Source: Eledone cirrhosa (Eukaryota). From it: a stretch of 64,000 nucleotides of DNA. The notes under the pieces are model-generated. The model was given only the letters and a program-made list of their open reading frames with translations. It was not told the origin of the DNA and did no database searches. Positions 18,850-32,500 of the stretch are shown here, in pieces. Both the position numbers and the translations under genes were made by a program. How positions within the stretch are numbered: position 1 is the stretch's first letter; each line of letters opens with the position of its first letter. The stretch covers positions 1 through 64,000 of the forward strand of contig CAXHJY010000075.1 in NCBI GenBank assembly GCA_964016885.1. Direction: 5' to 3'.

Positions 18850-19333
18850 GTCAGATTATAGAGTTTTGGTGCACTTTTAGGCTACGGCCGGTCACACAAA
18901 CCTATAATATATCCTGCACAAGCAATCCCTGCGCTTTGAATGTGTTTTTAAGTGGGGGAAAAGCCTTGCACTCGAACAATCCCACTCTCTGTGTATCGAA
19001 AACACTACCCGAAGAGGAGAACTGGTCAACATCATCGGATGCTTCCGAAGCCACAGGTTTGTTTCCAGAATTTCCCTCAGCCTAGAAAGGTGTTGTTACA
19101 ACTGGGGGCCTTTCACTCCCAAGTGGAAAAAAAGTACTATTTGGATGGCCGTTGACTCTGCTGAGTTCCTCCGCCCTTTGCCGGGTCTTGTATTTCATCA
19201 CGCAGGGTGTCCAAATATCATCCTCCTCACCCAAGCAGGCTTGGTGGGGTTGCCGATTTAGTCGCCGACAACCCGACCATGAGACAGGTTGTACTGGGTT
19301 ACATGTTACCAGTAGCACTCGAGAACGACCTGA
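18850..19333 (-). mobile_element. Interspersed repeat resembling an RTE-type LINE 5' region; relative at 27800-28190
   Basis: Shares tctagg.gagggaaa.tctg and catcc.atgatgttgac...agagagtggga with 27805-27990; the RTE assignment is from recalled similarity only. Confidence 0.4.
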
Positions 19334-19407
19334 CATACATACATAAATGTAGATTGATATAGAGAGAATAGATGGATAGCTGAAATGACAGAAAGACTCA
19401 AACGAGA

Positions 19408-19749
19408 GCGCACACCAGGACTGAACAAAGTCTGATTCACCGCCTTGGGTCCTATTCTCCTTATGGACTCAACTCACCTCCCCAATTTCTCTAATACTCC
19501 ATCCATTATCACACCCCTAGATTCCTATCGCTTTCTCTTGATCATTAGTAGCTTCTCTTACAACTAATACATGCCGACTATATATGCACACTCCACTTTT
19601 CCCTTCACTGCTCTGTATACACACATACATACCCTTATATTAACATACTTGTGCTCATAGCTTCGTGCTTACATGCCACACACTCTTTTACTCACATATA
19701 TATACACACATTTCTTCTTAGCTTCGTACGGACGTATAATAACACACAC

Positions 19750-19794
<45 letters not shown>

Positions 19795-20146
19795 TACATT
19801 GTTACGCACGTGCTCAAGTATAGCTCTTATTACAAAACGGATTGTTTTTTCCATTTCAAGTAGATGCGCTCCATCATCCACTTTTCTAAAAAATAAATCA
19901 AATCCAAAACGCCAGCACCAACAGTGTTTTGCAAGAGATATCAACATGAATGGACCTGTTATTTTTATCTAAAGACATTTTTTCCAATTCCATCCCGCCC
20001 GTCCCCTCAATCTATCTTATTTCTCATTCTTTCTTCTGGTGAAGGACTAGCGTCCGAAACGTTAAGACCCTCTTCCTGCTATATCAAGCGTTAACCAAAT
20101 ATAGCCCTTCCATATACCGATTCTGTTGTTATTTCTGTTTACCTTT
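19408..20146 (+). mobile_element. Solo 3' end / pLTR of the Neptune-like PLE with HHR (20037-20093)
   Basis: Collinear with 2160-2893; CTGGTGA-AGGAC-tagc-GTCC-GAAACGTT. Confidence 0.85.
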
Positions 20147-20150
20147 TATA

Positions 20151-20259
<109 letters not shown>

Positions 20260-20396
20260 CCACCAATTAATGGTAGGGTCTAAGCCGTATGGAGAACTCA
20301 ATGTAATCCGTATGTAGAAGATGTCGTGAAGCAAAGTTTAAAATACAAAATTTCAACGATATAATTCATTGGATAAAGAGTCAAAAATACAATATA

Positions 20397-21563
20397 CTAG
20401 CAGCTGATCTCGGTTGCACCCGGGGCCACGTTTTATTAAGTTAATAATTTGAAAAATATTATTGAAAGTTTATTATAAAGAAGTAGTTTCACGAAAAAAA
20501 TTAGAAATATGCACTTGGGGTTGGACGGCGTACAATGAGAAGTGGAGCGACGTGAAAAGCGTTGTTTATTAACAGCAAAATAACAATGTCGATGATATGC
20601 AATTTGAAAAATACTACTTACTGTTAGTGGTGGTTAACATGTATTAGAATTAAAATAAAAACACGCGTCCCTTCTTCGCAATTTAAGGGTTTGGCGATAC
20701 TTGGTTTTAGTGTCCTAAATTATCATCATCGACATTCAATTATTAGCTCCACCCACTACACGATTCGTCGCGACACGTCATCAGCTGCTGCTGCGGCTTC
20801 ATTTTTACATGTTCATTTTCTTAGAATGCTTCATTTCTACACGAAAAAACATTGAATTTTTAGAATAAATATTTATTAAAATATTAACAAAATTAGATTT
20901 TTGATTTATTTTTTGAACAAAATAAATATTTATTTACAATTTTTCACAGAAAAACTATGCTTCATTTTTACATGAATATTTGTTTACAGTTTTTAAGTTT
21001 TTAACCGAAACACTATGCTTCATTTTTACATGAATATTTATTTACAGTTTTTAACAGAAAAAAAATTGCTGCAAAATACATTTTTTTTTAACACACGATA
21101 CGTCACGAAGGTAAATGTTTCGAAAAAATGTTAAACTGTATATCGCAACAATACATTGTTTAAAGAAATTTTTTTTCTGTTGTTTAAAGCTGTAAATCTG
21201 TTTAAAAAAATGTATTTAACCGAAACACTATGCTTCATTTTTACATGAATATTTATTTACAGTTTTTAATAGAAAAAAATTGCTGCAAAATACAGTTTTT
21301 TTTAAAACAGATTTACAGTTTTTAACAACAGAAACAATTATGAAGGTTTGTATGATAGTTTACACTTTTTCCTGAAACTGCTTCTTTAGGGCCCAAGGGA
21401 CCACATTTTTCAAGTTAGAGATTTGAAACCTCGTCTATTTGCTTCCTTGGAACTTTTTACATAGGTGTGTAAATTTTCATGTCAGTCCGACCACGTCTAC
21501 TACCATTTAACCGTGCACATTTGAATTTCAACCACCGCCCATTTCACAAATATATATATTAGA
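20397..21563 (-). mobile_element. Non-autonomous Helitron-like element
   Basis: Minus strand starts a|TCtaatatata and ends ccgggtgcaaccgagatcagctgCTAG|t (subterminal hairpin + CTAG); internal tandem duplications at 20950-21335. Confidence 0.65.
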
Positions 21564-21577
21564 TATATATATATATA

Positions 21578-22020
21578 CTAGCAGAGTTACCCGGCGTTGC
21601 TCGGGTATTAAATAGCAGTTGTGTATACCATTTATGTCAATACTTCAGTGCTGCTTCGAAAACTATACTTTTACAAATCATCGGATTTTTCCAAAAGGGG
21701 GTTCCTGCCCCCAGGGGTCCCCTATTCAATGTGCCAATTCTGAGAGTTCACATTCATCTGTAGGACAAATGTAGGCCATGTGTCAAGTTTTGTGAAAATC
21801 GGTTGCGAACTCCAGAAGTTATGATGTTTTGTTGCATTGCACTGCAGTGCTTCAGTCGACACTAAGGAAGCGGTTGAAGGGGGTTATCTGTCGGGAGGCC
21901 CTATAATCAATATCTGGAAAAATGAAAGTGCCCATGACCATCCGGAGTACATAAGTAATCTATGTCTTAAGTTTGGTGAAAATTCTGTAGAAATGCATAA
22001 GGTTTTACATACGCGCGGGC
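21578..22020 (-). mobile_element. Non-autonomous Helitron-like element (3' part)
   Basis: Minus-strand end cccgagcaacgccgggtaactctgCTAG|t; 5' limit uncertain. Confidence 0.65.
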
Positions 22021-22026
22021 GTGCGT

Positions 22027-22140
<114 letters not shown>

Positions 22141-22602
22141 TTGTGTGTGCGTATGTATGTGTATGTCCGTCGGGGCATACGTATGTACTGGCCTAAATCT
22201 TCACTATTTACTTTTACTATTTTAATAACCTCTGTCATTTGCGTTTTCAATTTTATTTACATCATTCTTAAACTCCGGGACTGGAAATCATTCGGTTATT
22301 TTAAATAGAATATTAGTCTAACGACTCCATTTATACCATAAACTTGGTCTTGTCTTTGCATGAAATTGTTCTTCTCGGTCCACATAACGACGTATTATCC
22401 TCGCTTTTGTTGCGTTCATTACCAGGGAAGGTCTCCACGAACCAAAATATTGTCTTCCTGTTTTCCTTCGGTTGCAACGTTTTTCGAAATATTTACTTCT
22501 GCGTTCACAGATTAAATTTTTTAGTTTCAGAAGATGAATGGCGCACAAAGTGTTAATGTTGAAAGCACCGATTCTTTGCTTAAACTTTAATCTGTTCTTA
22601 TA

Positions 22603-22712
<110 letters not shown>

Positions 22713-22944
22713 TTTGTACGGCTTTTGGAGGAAGGAGTGACCAGCAGTACGTTGTTCGGTATTATTACGAAAAGGTGTAGCAGAGAATCCCGCGTGAACT
22801 AACAGCTCGGGAGGAAACTGCTTACCTCGAAGATTCATTCGCCATCGTTCTTGTCAACGTTCCGTTTACTTGGTATTTGTTGGTCTACAGTTAGATGAAT
22901 GGCGCACAAAGGGTTAATGTTTATTGGCAAGAAGTTTTTTTTAT

Positions 22945-23070
22945 AATTGTTTCTACTTTAGGCACAAGGCCAGCAATTCACCAGTGCATTACTGGTACTT
23001 TATTTTATCGACCCCGTAAAGATGAAAGGTAAAGTCAACCTCGGCGGGATTTGAACTCAGATCGTAAAGG
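22945..23070 (-). mobile_element. tRNA-derived SINE (Meta-domain-like)
   Basis: Minus strand: B-box gagttcaaatccc followed by gaggttgactttacctttcatc...gtcgataaaataaagtaccagt. Confidence 0.75.
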
Positions 23071-23514
23071 GATTTTTAATAATAAAAGACAGGTTAAAGC
23101 GACCTACAATGTATCTGTGTATATATATATTTGGCGGTCACTCTAACACTGACGGGTACCATCGCTGAATGTTAATATCGGTAGGGTTTTTTTTATATCG
23201 ATATTGTTAGGCATCCACTGATGATTTATAAGTACCCACCTGCATATATTCCTATAGACTATGTGTAGGCTTCTACATAAACTGGACATTATTTTCCCAA
23301 CTTGTAGAAAACTTATAATGAAAAGATCGTTTGGAAAGAGCGATGTATTTAATTATGTCTCATATAAAATAATACAACTGTCTATCCGCAAAATACGTAT
23401 AGTTAGCACCCCAAACGTATAATTGGGATTATACTAAGGTATATCCTAATGTTTGTTGAGTGAGACGGAAGTCGGTCGGAGTATTGCTTAAAGCTTTCTC
23501 TGATAATGTATTAA

Positions 23515-23580
<66 letters not shown>

Positions 23581-23583
<3 letters not shown>

Positions 23584-24414
23584 AAATATGGGAACAGACC
23601 GTTACAACATGTTTATTTAAAACAGCACCTACGTACGTTTCGCCCGGATGGGCTTCTCAAGGGCATAAATAACTAAAAATTGTTCCTTACATGGCCCGGA
23701 AAGTGTTTTTGGAGATAAGTTCACGTCAGAGTTCATTCTTCGCAAAAAAGCGTGTTTTGATTTTGTAGTAGGTCAAGGGAGGTAACTCTGGCCGGTGTTA
23801 GGGTAGTCTTTCCCGGACAAATCTTTTATCCGTTACAAGATGTGGTTACAACCTACCATTGTCGATACGCACAGGGTCAGGTATGCACCGTTTGTTTTTT
23901 CTGCACCTGTCCGCCTTGGTCATTTGAAGACGGGTCTGGGATGCATGCTTAGTTTCCGGATGTTTTTTGCAGCGCCTGCTCGCTGGGGTGTTAAAGCTTG
24001 TCGCAGGGAGACCCGGTATACGGTTTCACTCCTCGCCCTTATCCCATCTGAAGAAGGATATTTTAAAGCGATATGTACAGCTTATCGTTGTTTCATCTCT
24101 GCTGTTGATATAAATATCTTTCTTCAGGGCCATGTAAGGTACAATTTTTAGTTGTTTATGCCCTTGAAAAGCCCATCCGGGCGAAACGTACGTAGGTGCT
24201 GTTTTAAATAAACATGTTGTAACGGTCTGTTCTCATATTTCTTATTTTACCACGTTCTTCCGCTCTGCTAATTCTCTCGCCCACTAGATATTAACACATC
24301 AAATATTTAACACCGCCGGCACTAGCATTGAGCACCCTCTGCATACACTATTTGGCAAATAACTACATGTATCACCTATCCCTCCTTTTCTCTCTCTCGA
24401 TACGTAAATACTCT

Positions 24415-24418
<4 letters not shown>
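23581..24418 (+). mobile_element. Inverted-arm element (23581-23697 / 24127-24243) with HHR and tail
   Basis: Arms are reverse complements with a few mismatches; flanked by (TA)n. Confidence 0.85.
24160..24199 (+). ncRNA. Minimal hammerhead ribozyme, U3-A8 core variant
   Basis: CC-TTGAAAA-GCCC-atcc-GGGC-GAAA-CGTACG-TA-GG; the mirror copy at 23625-23664 has TTGAGAA. Confidence 0.7.
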
Positions 24419-24499
<81 letters not shown>

Positions 24500-24501
<2 letters not shown>

Positions 24502-24598
24502 GTTTTTCCGGGTTGAATCGGAGGTAACCACAGTAAGTAAGGTACTCAATTCATTGCAGAGTATAAAATTGCAGAGTAGAATCTCATCTATATTAAAA

Positions 24599-24600
<2 letters not shown>
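24500..24600 (-). mobile_element. Internally deleted copy of the 7524-7722 fold-back element
   Basis: Minus strand reads gttttaatatagatgagattcta joined directly to the tail tatactctgc...ccgattcaacccggaaaaacg. Confidence 0.8.
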
Positions 24601-24675
<75 letters not shown>

Positions 24676-24689
24676 GTATATATATATAT

Positions 24690-25310
24690 TTATTAAAATA
24701 ACAGATTAAAGTTTAAGCAAAGAATCGCTGCTTTCACCCTTAACGGGATCTTCTGAAACTAACAAAGTCAATATGTAAACGCAGAACTGGATATTTCAAA
24801 AAACGTTGCAACCGGAGGAAGACAGGAAGACGATACTTTGGTTCGTGGTAACGTTCGCTGGCAGAGAACGGGAAAAAGCGAATAATATGTCATTAATAGG
24901 AGCGGTGAAAAACAATTACGCGCAAAGACAGAACCACGTTTATGGTATAAAAGAGGTCGTAGACTAATGTTCTCTTAGGTAGTGCATAGAGACGTTCTCT
25001 GGCAATGAACGAAAAAACGAAGATAATAAGTCATATGTGGAGCGTGGAGAACAAAGACAAAACCACGTAAATGGTATAGCAGAAGTCGTAGACTAAAATT
25101 CTAACTAGGAGACCAAATGAATCTCCGCTACATATATATGTGTGTGTGAGTGTGTGTGTGTGTGTGCATATATATATATGTGTGTCTGTATGTATGTATT
25201 TATGTATATATATATATATAAATATATATGTGTGCGTATATATACATATATTTTCATATGTATATTTATATATGTGTATATATTAATATGTATATGTGTT
25301 TGTATATGTA

Positions 25311-25349
<39 letters not shown>

Positions 25350-25718
25350 GTATATATATGTGTGTGTATATGTATATATGTGTATATATATATGTATATA
25401 TATATATGTATATATAAGTATATATGTATAATTTCATTTCTCACTGCGCGTGTGTGTGTGCGCGCGCGTTCTGTGTGTGAATGTAGCGAAGATAATACGT
25501 CAGCAATGACGTTATGCAGACAGCCAGGCATACAGACAGATATTATAAGAGCGCGACGGAGCTGGATAACCGGCGCCTAACACCCCTTTAACAACAAAAA
25601 ATTGAAAGAAAAGCGGCAGTTAATATCTTTAGACCGCAAAGAATATATAAATGCAAGTTTTAAGTCAATCGGAGTAGAAATATGGATTTGCAAAAATGAG
25701 GACACACAGACAACATCA

Positions 25719-25730
<12 letters not shown>
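24690..25730 (-). mobile_element. Helitron-like family A (dispersed repeat)
   Basis: Same sequence as 45361-45835 in reverse; further pieces at 22318-22600, 27270-27480, 28745-29020, 37370-37525 and 56455-56620. Confidence 0.6.
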
Positions 25731-25801
<71 letters not shown>

Positions 25802-26487
25802 TATGGACATAATTTATAGTATATTGCTCTGATTATTTAATTTATTAATTAATCATTGAGCCACATCGTGAATGGTTGCCCAAAACATATATATGACTTT
25901 GTCTAGTTTTGTGTATATGTAAATCTTTATATTTGATTATCTCCCATAAGGTTGAGATGCAATTTAGGCAATATTAGTCTGCGCTTTCTAGCAACCAGCC
26001 CACTAGCCATAAGACACCTATCACATTATTTCTGACTTGAGCACTGCCACGTCACAGTTCTTAGCCATTTTGAATTCGTTTCTGGTGGGGATCATTTAAG
26101 AAAAATCGTTGTCCAAATGAGTTTGTTTCCTGATGAGTTCGAAGCTCGAGAATTTATCCTTAATAGGATATTTCCGAAAGCGAACGAAACCCTGAAGTGT
26201 AGAAACGTAATCCTGGTAGGTGTATATGCATTTTTTTATTCTAACTTTAAGTTTATACCTAATTGTGTATGGTTGACGATATATTTAATCGATTTCCACG
26301 TGCTATTGAAATGGTGGATAAATATTCTATAGCGGTTGATCGCGAATAGATGGCTGTCATTTTTTAATCTATTATTTCTTCATAGGTGTCTTTTAATCTT
26401 ATAGCCTGGTATAATTGTTTTTTTTGTGTGGTTGATTATGCTAATTGGGAGAGAAATTATCAAATAATTCTATGGACACAATATATA

Positions 26488-26550
<63 letters not shown>

Positions 26551-26552
<2 letters not shown>

Positions 26553-27267
26553 AAATGGAATAGAATAAAACGAAATTTCATTTCTCATTCTTAGTACGGC
26601 AGTTACTTAAATGTAAGTATGTATGTATGTATACGTACATACATATATGTATACAGACGTACAGTAGTATGTATATATATATACATACATGCACACATAT
26701 ATATATGCACGTACCGGTTTATTGAACATTTATTATAATGCTCGGTTTGTTTGTTTGTAAACAAACAAACAGCCCGAATTAGGCCGTACAGTGTTTAGCC
26801 AACCACGTCACCTTTTTGTTCAGCACTGACACAGGAACGATGTACTAGTTTCAAGCTTATTAGCTATCGTCAGCATCGTATACCTTCCTGCCAGATGGTT
26901 GAATGTCTGAAAGTATATACTTTCCTTATGCATATTAACGGCTGAGCAGCCTAATTTGCATATCGAGTGAGTTTAGTCGGCTGGGCGCACCGAAAACAAT
27001 AAATCGAATAGAATAAAACGAAATTTCATTTCTCACTCTTAGTACGGCAGTTACTTAAATGTAAGTATGTATGTATGTATACGTACATACATATATGTAT
27101 ACAGACGTACAGTAGTATGTATATATATATACATACATGCACATATATATATATATATATGCACGTATCGGTTTACTGAACATTTATTATAATGCTCGGT
27201 TTCTTTGTTTGTAAACAAACAAACAGCCCGAATTAGGCCGTACAGTGTTTAGGCAACCGCGTCACCT
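26551..27267 (-). mobile_element. 448-bp-period tandem (1.6 units) with HHR; retrozyme-like
   Basis: Unit start recurs at 26551 and 26999; no ORF; a related copy lies in opposite orientation at 34895-35112. Confidence 0.8.
26838..26878 (-). ncRNA. Minimal hammerhead ribozyme
   Basis: Minus strand: CGATG-CTGACGA-tAGCT-aata-AGCTt-GAAA-CTAG-TA-CATCG; perfect 5-bp stem I, palindromic stem III. Confidence 0.9.
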
Positions 27268-27488
27268 ATAGATATATATAAATGCAAGTTTGAAGTTAAT
27301 CGGAGTAGAAATGTGGATTTGTATAGACTTTGCAAAAATGAGGACACACACACAAACAGACAACATCAGTTTTATATATATATATATATATATCTTATAT
27401 ATATTAACTGCAACTTTTATTTTTCAATTTTCTGTTGTTAAAGGGGTGTTAGGCGCCGGTTATCCATCTCCGTCGCGTTCTTATTCTT

Positions 27489-27670
27489 ATTTCTACTTTA
27501 GGCACAAGGCCACCAATAACCCAGTACATTACTGGTACTTTATTTTATCGACCTCGTAAGGATGAAAGGCAAAGTTAACCTCGGCGGGTTTGAACTCAGA
27601 TCGTAAAGGGACGTAACTCTTTGTGTCAAAGCATGGCGTCCGACCCTCTACTGATACTGCCAATCCACCG
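27489..27670 (-). mobile_element. tRNA-derived SINE (Meta-domain-like), near full length
   Basis: Same family as 22945-23070 and including the tRNA-like head. Confidence 0.75.
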
Positions 27671-27749
27671 CCCTTTATATATTCCTTGCGGTCTAAAGAT
27701 ATTAATTGCTGCAACGATTCTTCGCTTAAACTTTAATCTGTTATTTTAA

Positions 27750-28672
27750 TCTATATATGTATATATATAAAACTGAGGAAGGATGTATGTATGTATGTAT
27801 ATCAAGGCAGAATTCTAGGAGAAGGAAAACTCTGATATAACACCTGCAACCCTGATGGTATCCAATGATGTTGACTTGTTCTTCTTTTTGGTAAATATCA
27901 TCTTGGTTAAGAGAGTGGGACTGGCTTTGTGCAGTGCCTTTGCTCACTATAAAAGCTTCACGGCACAGGCATTGCTTTATATCTGGAGATCTCTCTGCAC
28001 TTGTCGTCACATGATACCATGGGCCCAGCACTATGTGTCAATAATTGTCACAAGTGTAGTGTTTGTACCAGAGTTTTCAAGTCGCTGGCTGGACTAAAAA
28101 GTCACACTCGTTCAGCGCATCGGTAGGGGTTCTCCTACATGGATATAAAGTAGTGGCCGTACTCGAAAACGAGTTGGCAGCCACCATGTATTATGTATGT
28201 ATGTATGTATGTATGTATGTATGTATGTATGTATGTATGTGTGTGTGTGTGTGACCCGAGAAGTACCCAACCGATCTTTTTCAAACTTTACATATGTATT
28301 ACTTATATTTTAGAGAGTGGTTGTGCACATAAAAAAAATTCAACTTTTTGATCCCCTCGGGCACGCGATATGTGAAATTGTGCGTTTTTTACTGCTTTTC
28401 AGGGGTTTTTTGAGGCGTTACGTCTAGCCGATTTTCCCAAAATTTCAAGGAATATTATGCACATAAAAAAAATTCATTTTCTTGATCCCCTAGGGCCCGC
28501 ATTAGGTGAAAACCCGCCTTTTGCCTGCTTCATCGAGGAAAATCTTAGATTATCCAGCCATCAGAGTATTCGGTTTATTTCCCTTACATATTGACCAGGC
28601 ATGCAGTTTTTCCATGATTAGGTCTGTTGGCGGCCCGCGTTCCAAAATACCTTATCTCGGGTACCACTGCTA

Positions 28673-28673
<1 letters not shown>
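27750..28673 (+). mobile_element. Non-autonomous Helitron-like family B, with an insertion at 27800-28190
   Basis: a|TCtatata start and ...cgggtaccactgCTAG|t end; collinear with 45836-46336. Confidence 0.7.
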
Positions 28674-28746
<73 letters not shown>

Positions 28747-29036
28747 CTGTTGTTGTCTGTGTGTGTCCCCTCATTTTTGCCAAGTCTATACAAATCCACA
28801 TTTCTACTCCGATTGACTTCAAACTTACATTTATATATTCCTTGCGGTCTAAAGATATTAACTGCAGCTTTTATTTTTCAATTTTCTGTTGTTAAAGGGG
28901 TGTTAGGCGCCGGTTATCGATCTCGGTCGAGCCCTTATAATATCTGTCTGTATGTCTGACTGTCTGCATTACGACATTCTGACCAACACGTCATTGCTGA
29001 CGTATTATCTTCGTTACATTAACACACACATACACA

Positions 29037-29185
<149 letters not shown>

Positions 29186-29507
29186 CAAGGGCGAAGGGTC
29201 CGTGTATGCAACACATGCAGTGCATGCGTTAGAGAATTTGGCTGCTTACTAAAACGTATAGACACAAAAAATGATAACAAACACGCACACACAAACACGC
29301 GACAACTTTGGAGCAAGCAGATTTTTGACTGCTTTCTAAATCGTAGGCACTTAAAAAGATAACACACACACACCCTAGATAACACTACATGCGGCTTTGA
29401 CCGGGAGGGTCATTTAGAGGGAATTGGGGGAGGAGGCTGCACATCCCCACTTTCCGCCATGGTGATTGGGCTGCATGCTCTGCTTGCCAGGTTACCCTTC
29501 GCCACTG

Positions 29508-29539
<32 letters not shown>

Positions 29540-32500
29540 GATATATGATAAAAATAAAAGTAAAGAAGAAGGGAGAAAGAAGAAAAGAAAAGATAGCCAA
29601 AAAGGGGAGGGAAGAAGGGAAGAAAACGAAGAAATAGAAGAGGAATGAATGAGAAGGGAGGGATATAGGTATTGATTTTTGTGGGTAATTAAAGGGGTTA
29701 GATACAATAAGAGGATATAAAGTCTAAGCATATGCAGTTTGTAAGTTGGTAGTAAGAGGTCAAGGGTTCGATTTGCACTTGTAGTGCGAAAACCTTTCTT
29801 TGAGTCTATGGTTACAATTAATTGATCTTTCGATTTTATTGTTGAGTAACTTATTCTTCGAACTCAAAATGTGGAACAGCTCAAGGTCACATAATCGACA
29901 GCTTCTCATACCACTCCGATATGGGGGCGCGTCCGATAATTTTTTCCACTTCAGGTGGTTACTTTCCCTCAGTTGCCAGGTCTTGTTTGCAAGGATAGTT
30001 ACATAACGATGCTGGGAATGTTTCTTTGCGTAACGGTGTGTATACCAACGGGCTTTAAATGTATTCCCAGTCGCTCCGATGTAATACCATTTCTGGTTGT
30101 CTGATTCCACTGTGCATTGGTAAACCAGGTTAGACTGCATACATTCATTATGTAATGGAGTTGTTTCTGGTAGGTGGCAGTTACAATTCTTGTCATGGGC
30201 AACTTTGGCATTATTGGTGGGCTGCGATGCCTGTACAAGTGTGTTACGTTTTGTTTGCCTATTAGTGAGTGGTTGTGTATTAGATATTCTGTTGTGTTCA
30301 ATGGTGATTGTATGTTATTGTTATAGATTTGTGTTCTGGTGTTGTTATGTATCTTTTTAGCGTTAAGCATCTTAATGCGTGCCTCTATATTTGGTGCCGT
30401 GGAGTAAGATAGTCTAATAGATTTAGTGTTAAGGATTTTGCTGTATCTATGTGAATCTGGAAAGTGCTTATTTATTATTCTAAAGAAGGTAGAGGGTAGG
30501 TTAGTACTAATAGAGGTGTTAAATATGGGGTTATACCAAATATATTTTCTGCTGCGTGACTTGTTTGATTTCGATGTTGTATTTCTATTTACCGTATAAT
30601 TTGTAGTTCTATGCGTAAATGTGTGTGTGTGTGTGTTTCTGGAGTTTGTGTTATGCGTGTTCGTGTGCGCTTTGCGGAGGCTTATATATTCTACTCTATC
30701 TAAGTGGCCTGCCTTGTCTAATGCGGTATTGTAGTATTCTGCATGATCCTCGAAGATTTGTCGGTTAGACGAGAGGCGGGAGATCCCAAGGGATATGCTG
30801 CGTGGAATGGATTTAATTATGTATAGTGGGTGGTTTGAGTTACAGTTGATGTATGCTAAGTTTTCATTAATCTTGTGAAAAGGTCTTATAAGTCCCGTAT
30901 TTAGGTTAAGCGTCGCGTCTAGAAAGTTAACAGTTTTAGTGCTATACTCATACGTTATGCTAAGGCCTAGTTTCCCGAGAGTCTTTCTAATATTCTTACG
31001 GAGTCTTTCTATGCTCTGGTTATTTAGGTTCTTAACTAGGAGAAGGGCGTCGTCTCTGTAGATTCCACCGTGAAGGTCGCTAAAATCACTCTGTAAACTA
31101 TGGGCTATGTAAATACCTACTAAATCTGTGACTTGAGCCGAGTCTTAGCCCCCATCGTGATGTCAAAGTTATTTAATCTATCCTTACGTTCCCAATAGGC
31201 GTTTTCAAATTTAATTATCGTTTTCCTAGCAGCTAATATGATTTTTATCTCGTCGTCTGTTAGGTCAGAATTGGCTGTGGCGAATGCTAAGGCTTTATCC
31301 AGGGTGTTGGGGGATATAGAGGAGTAATAGTCATTAATGTCAAATTGTATAAATTTAGATACTTTTTTGTTAGCTATATTGTTAAACCACTTAATTGTTT
31401 CGGTAGCGTTACCCCATAGTTTAATCACTAGTTTATTCTTCAATTGTGCTATCACTCTGTCTAATATATGTTTACTAATTTTCCCGATGTCCGATTTGGA
31501 CGGGTATAAAAGTCTAATTGTGGGGTTATAATCAAAATTTATATACTTTTTTGTTAGCTATATTGTTAAACCACTTAATTGTTTCGGTAGTGTTACTCCA
31601 TAGTTTAATCACTAGTTTATTCTTCAATTGTTCTATCACTCTGTCTAATATATGTTTACTAATTTTCCCGATGTCCGATTTGGACGGGCATATAAGTCTA
31701 ATTGTGGGGTTATAATCAAAATTTACCTTGTGGTCCTTGAGATTAAATGTGGGGGTACATGGCCTAAGTGGCTCCGTTCTGTTGTCTATTCCTAGGTGTT
31801 TGTCTATATTGTGTGCCTCGTTGTTGATGTTTATCAGTGCCGCCTCATTAGTTTTTTTGGATTTCCTATGTAATTCTTTCCGTATGAAGCTATTGTATGT
31901 ATTAACATCCATCGTATACACATCTGAGGTTTTGTCCGCTTTGACAATAATTCCATTGGTAGTTCGCAATGTTAGGAATGTATTTATGTCATTCTGGAGT
32001 TTATTATTCCTCCGCTTTTTGTATTTGATATGCATAATCATCTTCAGTAAATCCTGTTCAAAGGCATCCAGTTGAGGGTTGGTAGGTGGGTTCTTACACC
32101 ATTTGAAGCCGTATGTTTCCTTGTTGTATTCCACGGTGCGACCATTACGTCCTTTGTCGAAATGGAAAGTTTTCCATCTAACTCGGCGTATAAAGTCGTT
32201 TGTTCGCTGTATCACCACGAGGGTATAATCCTTTCTCAAAGGTATAGGAATGTTCTTTAGGGACATACCTATGTAATGCTTTTCCATAGTAGTACCGTAT
32301 GTTTAGGTGGTTGCTCGACCGATAAGGAGCCTGTAGTTAGGGAAGCAGAAAATTGCTTATTGTGATCCAGTTCGTGGTTAAGAAAGCCATTTCATGGACG
32401 GTTTCAACGTACGGTTAGGGGTAACTACTCCACAAGTTTGTAAGAATTCCGTTCAATCTTGGAGTAAAAAGTATAAAAGAGAAAACACAGGTTAGCATTA

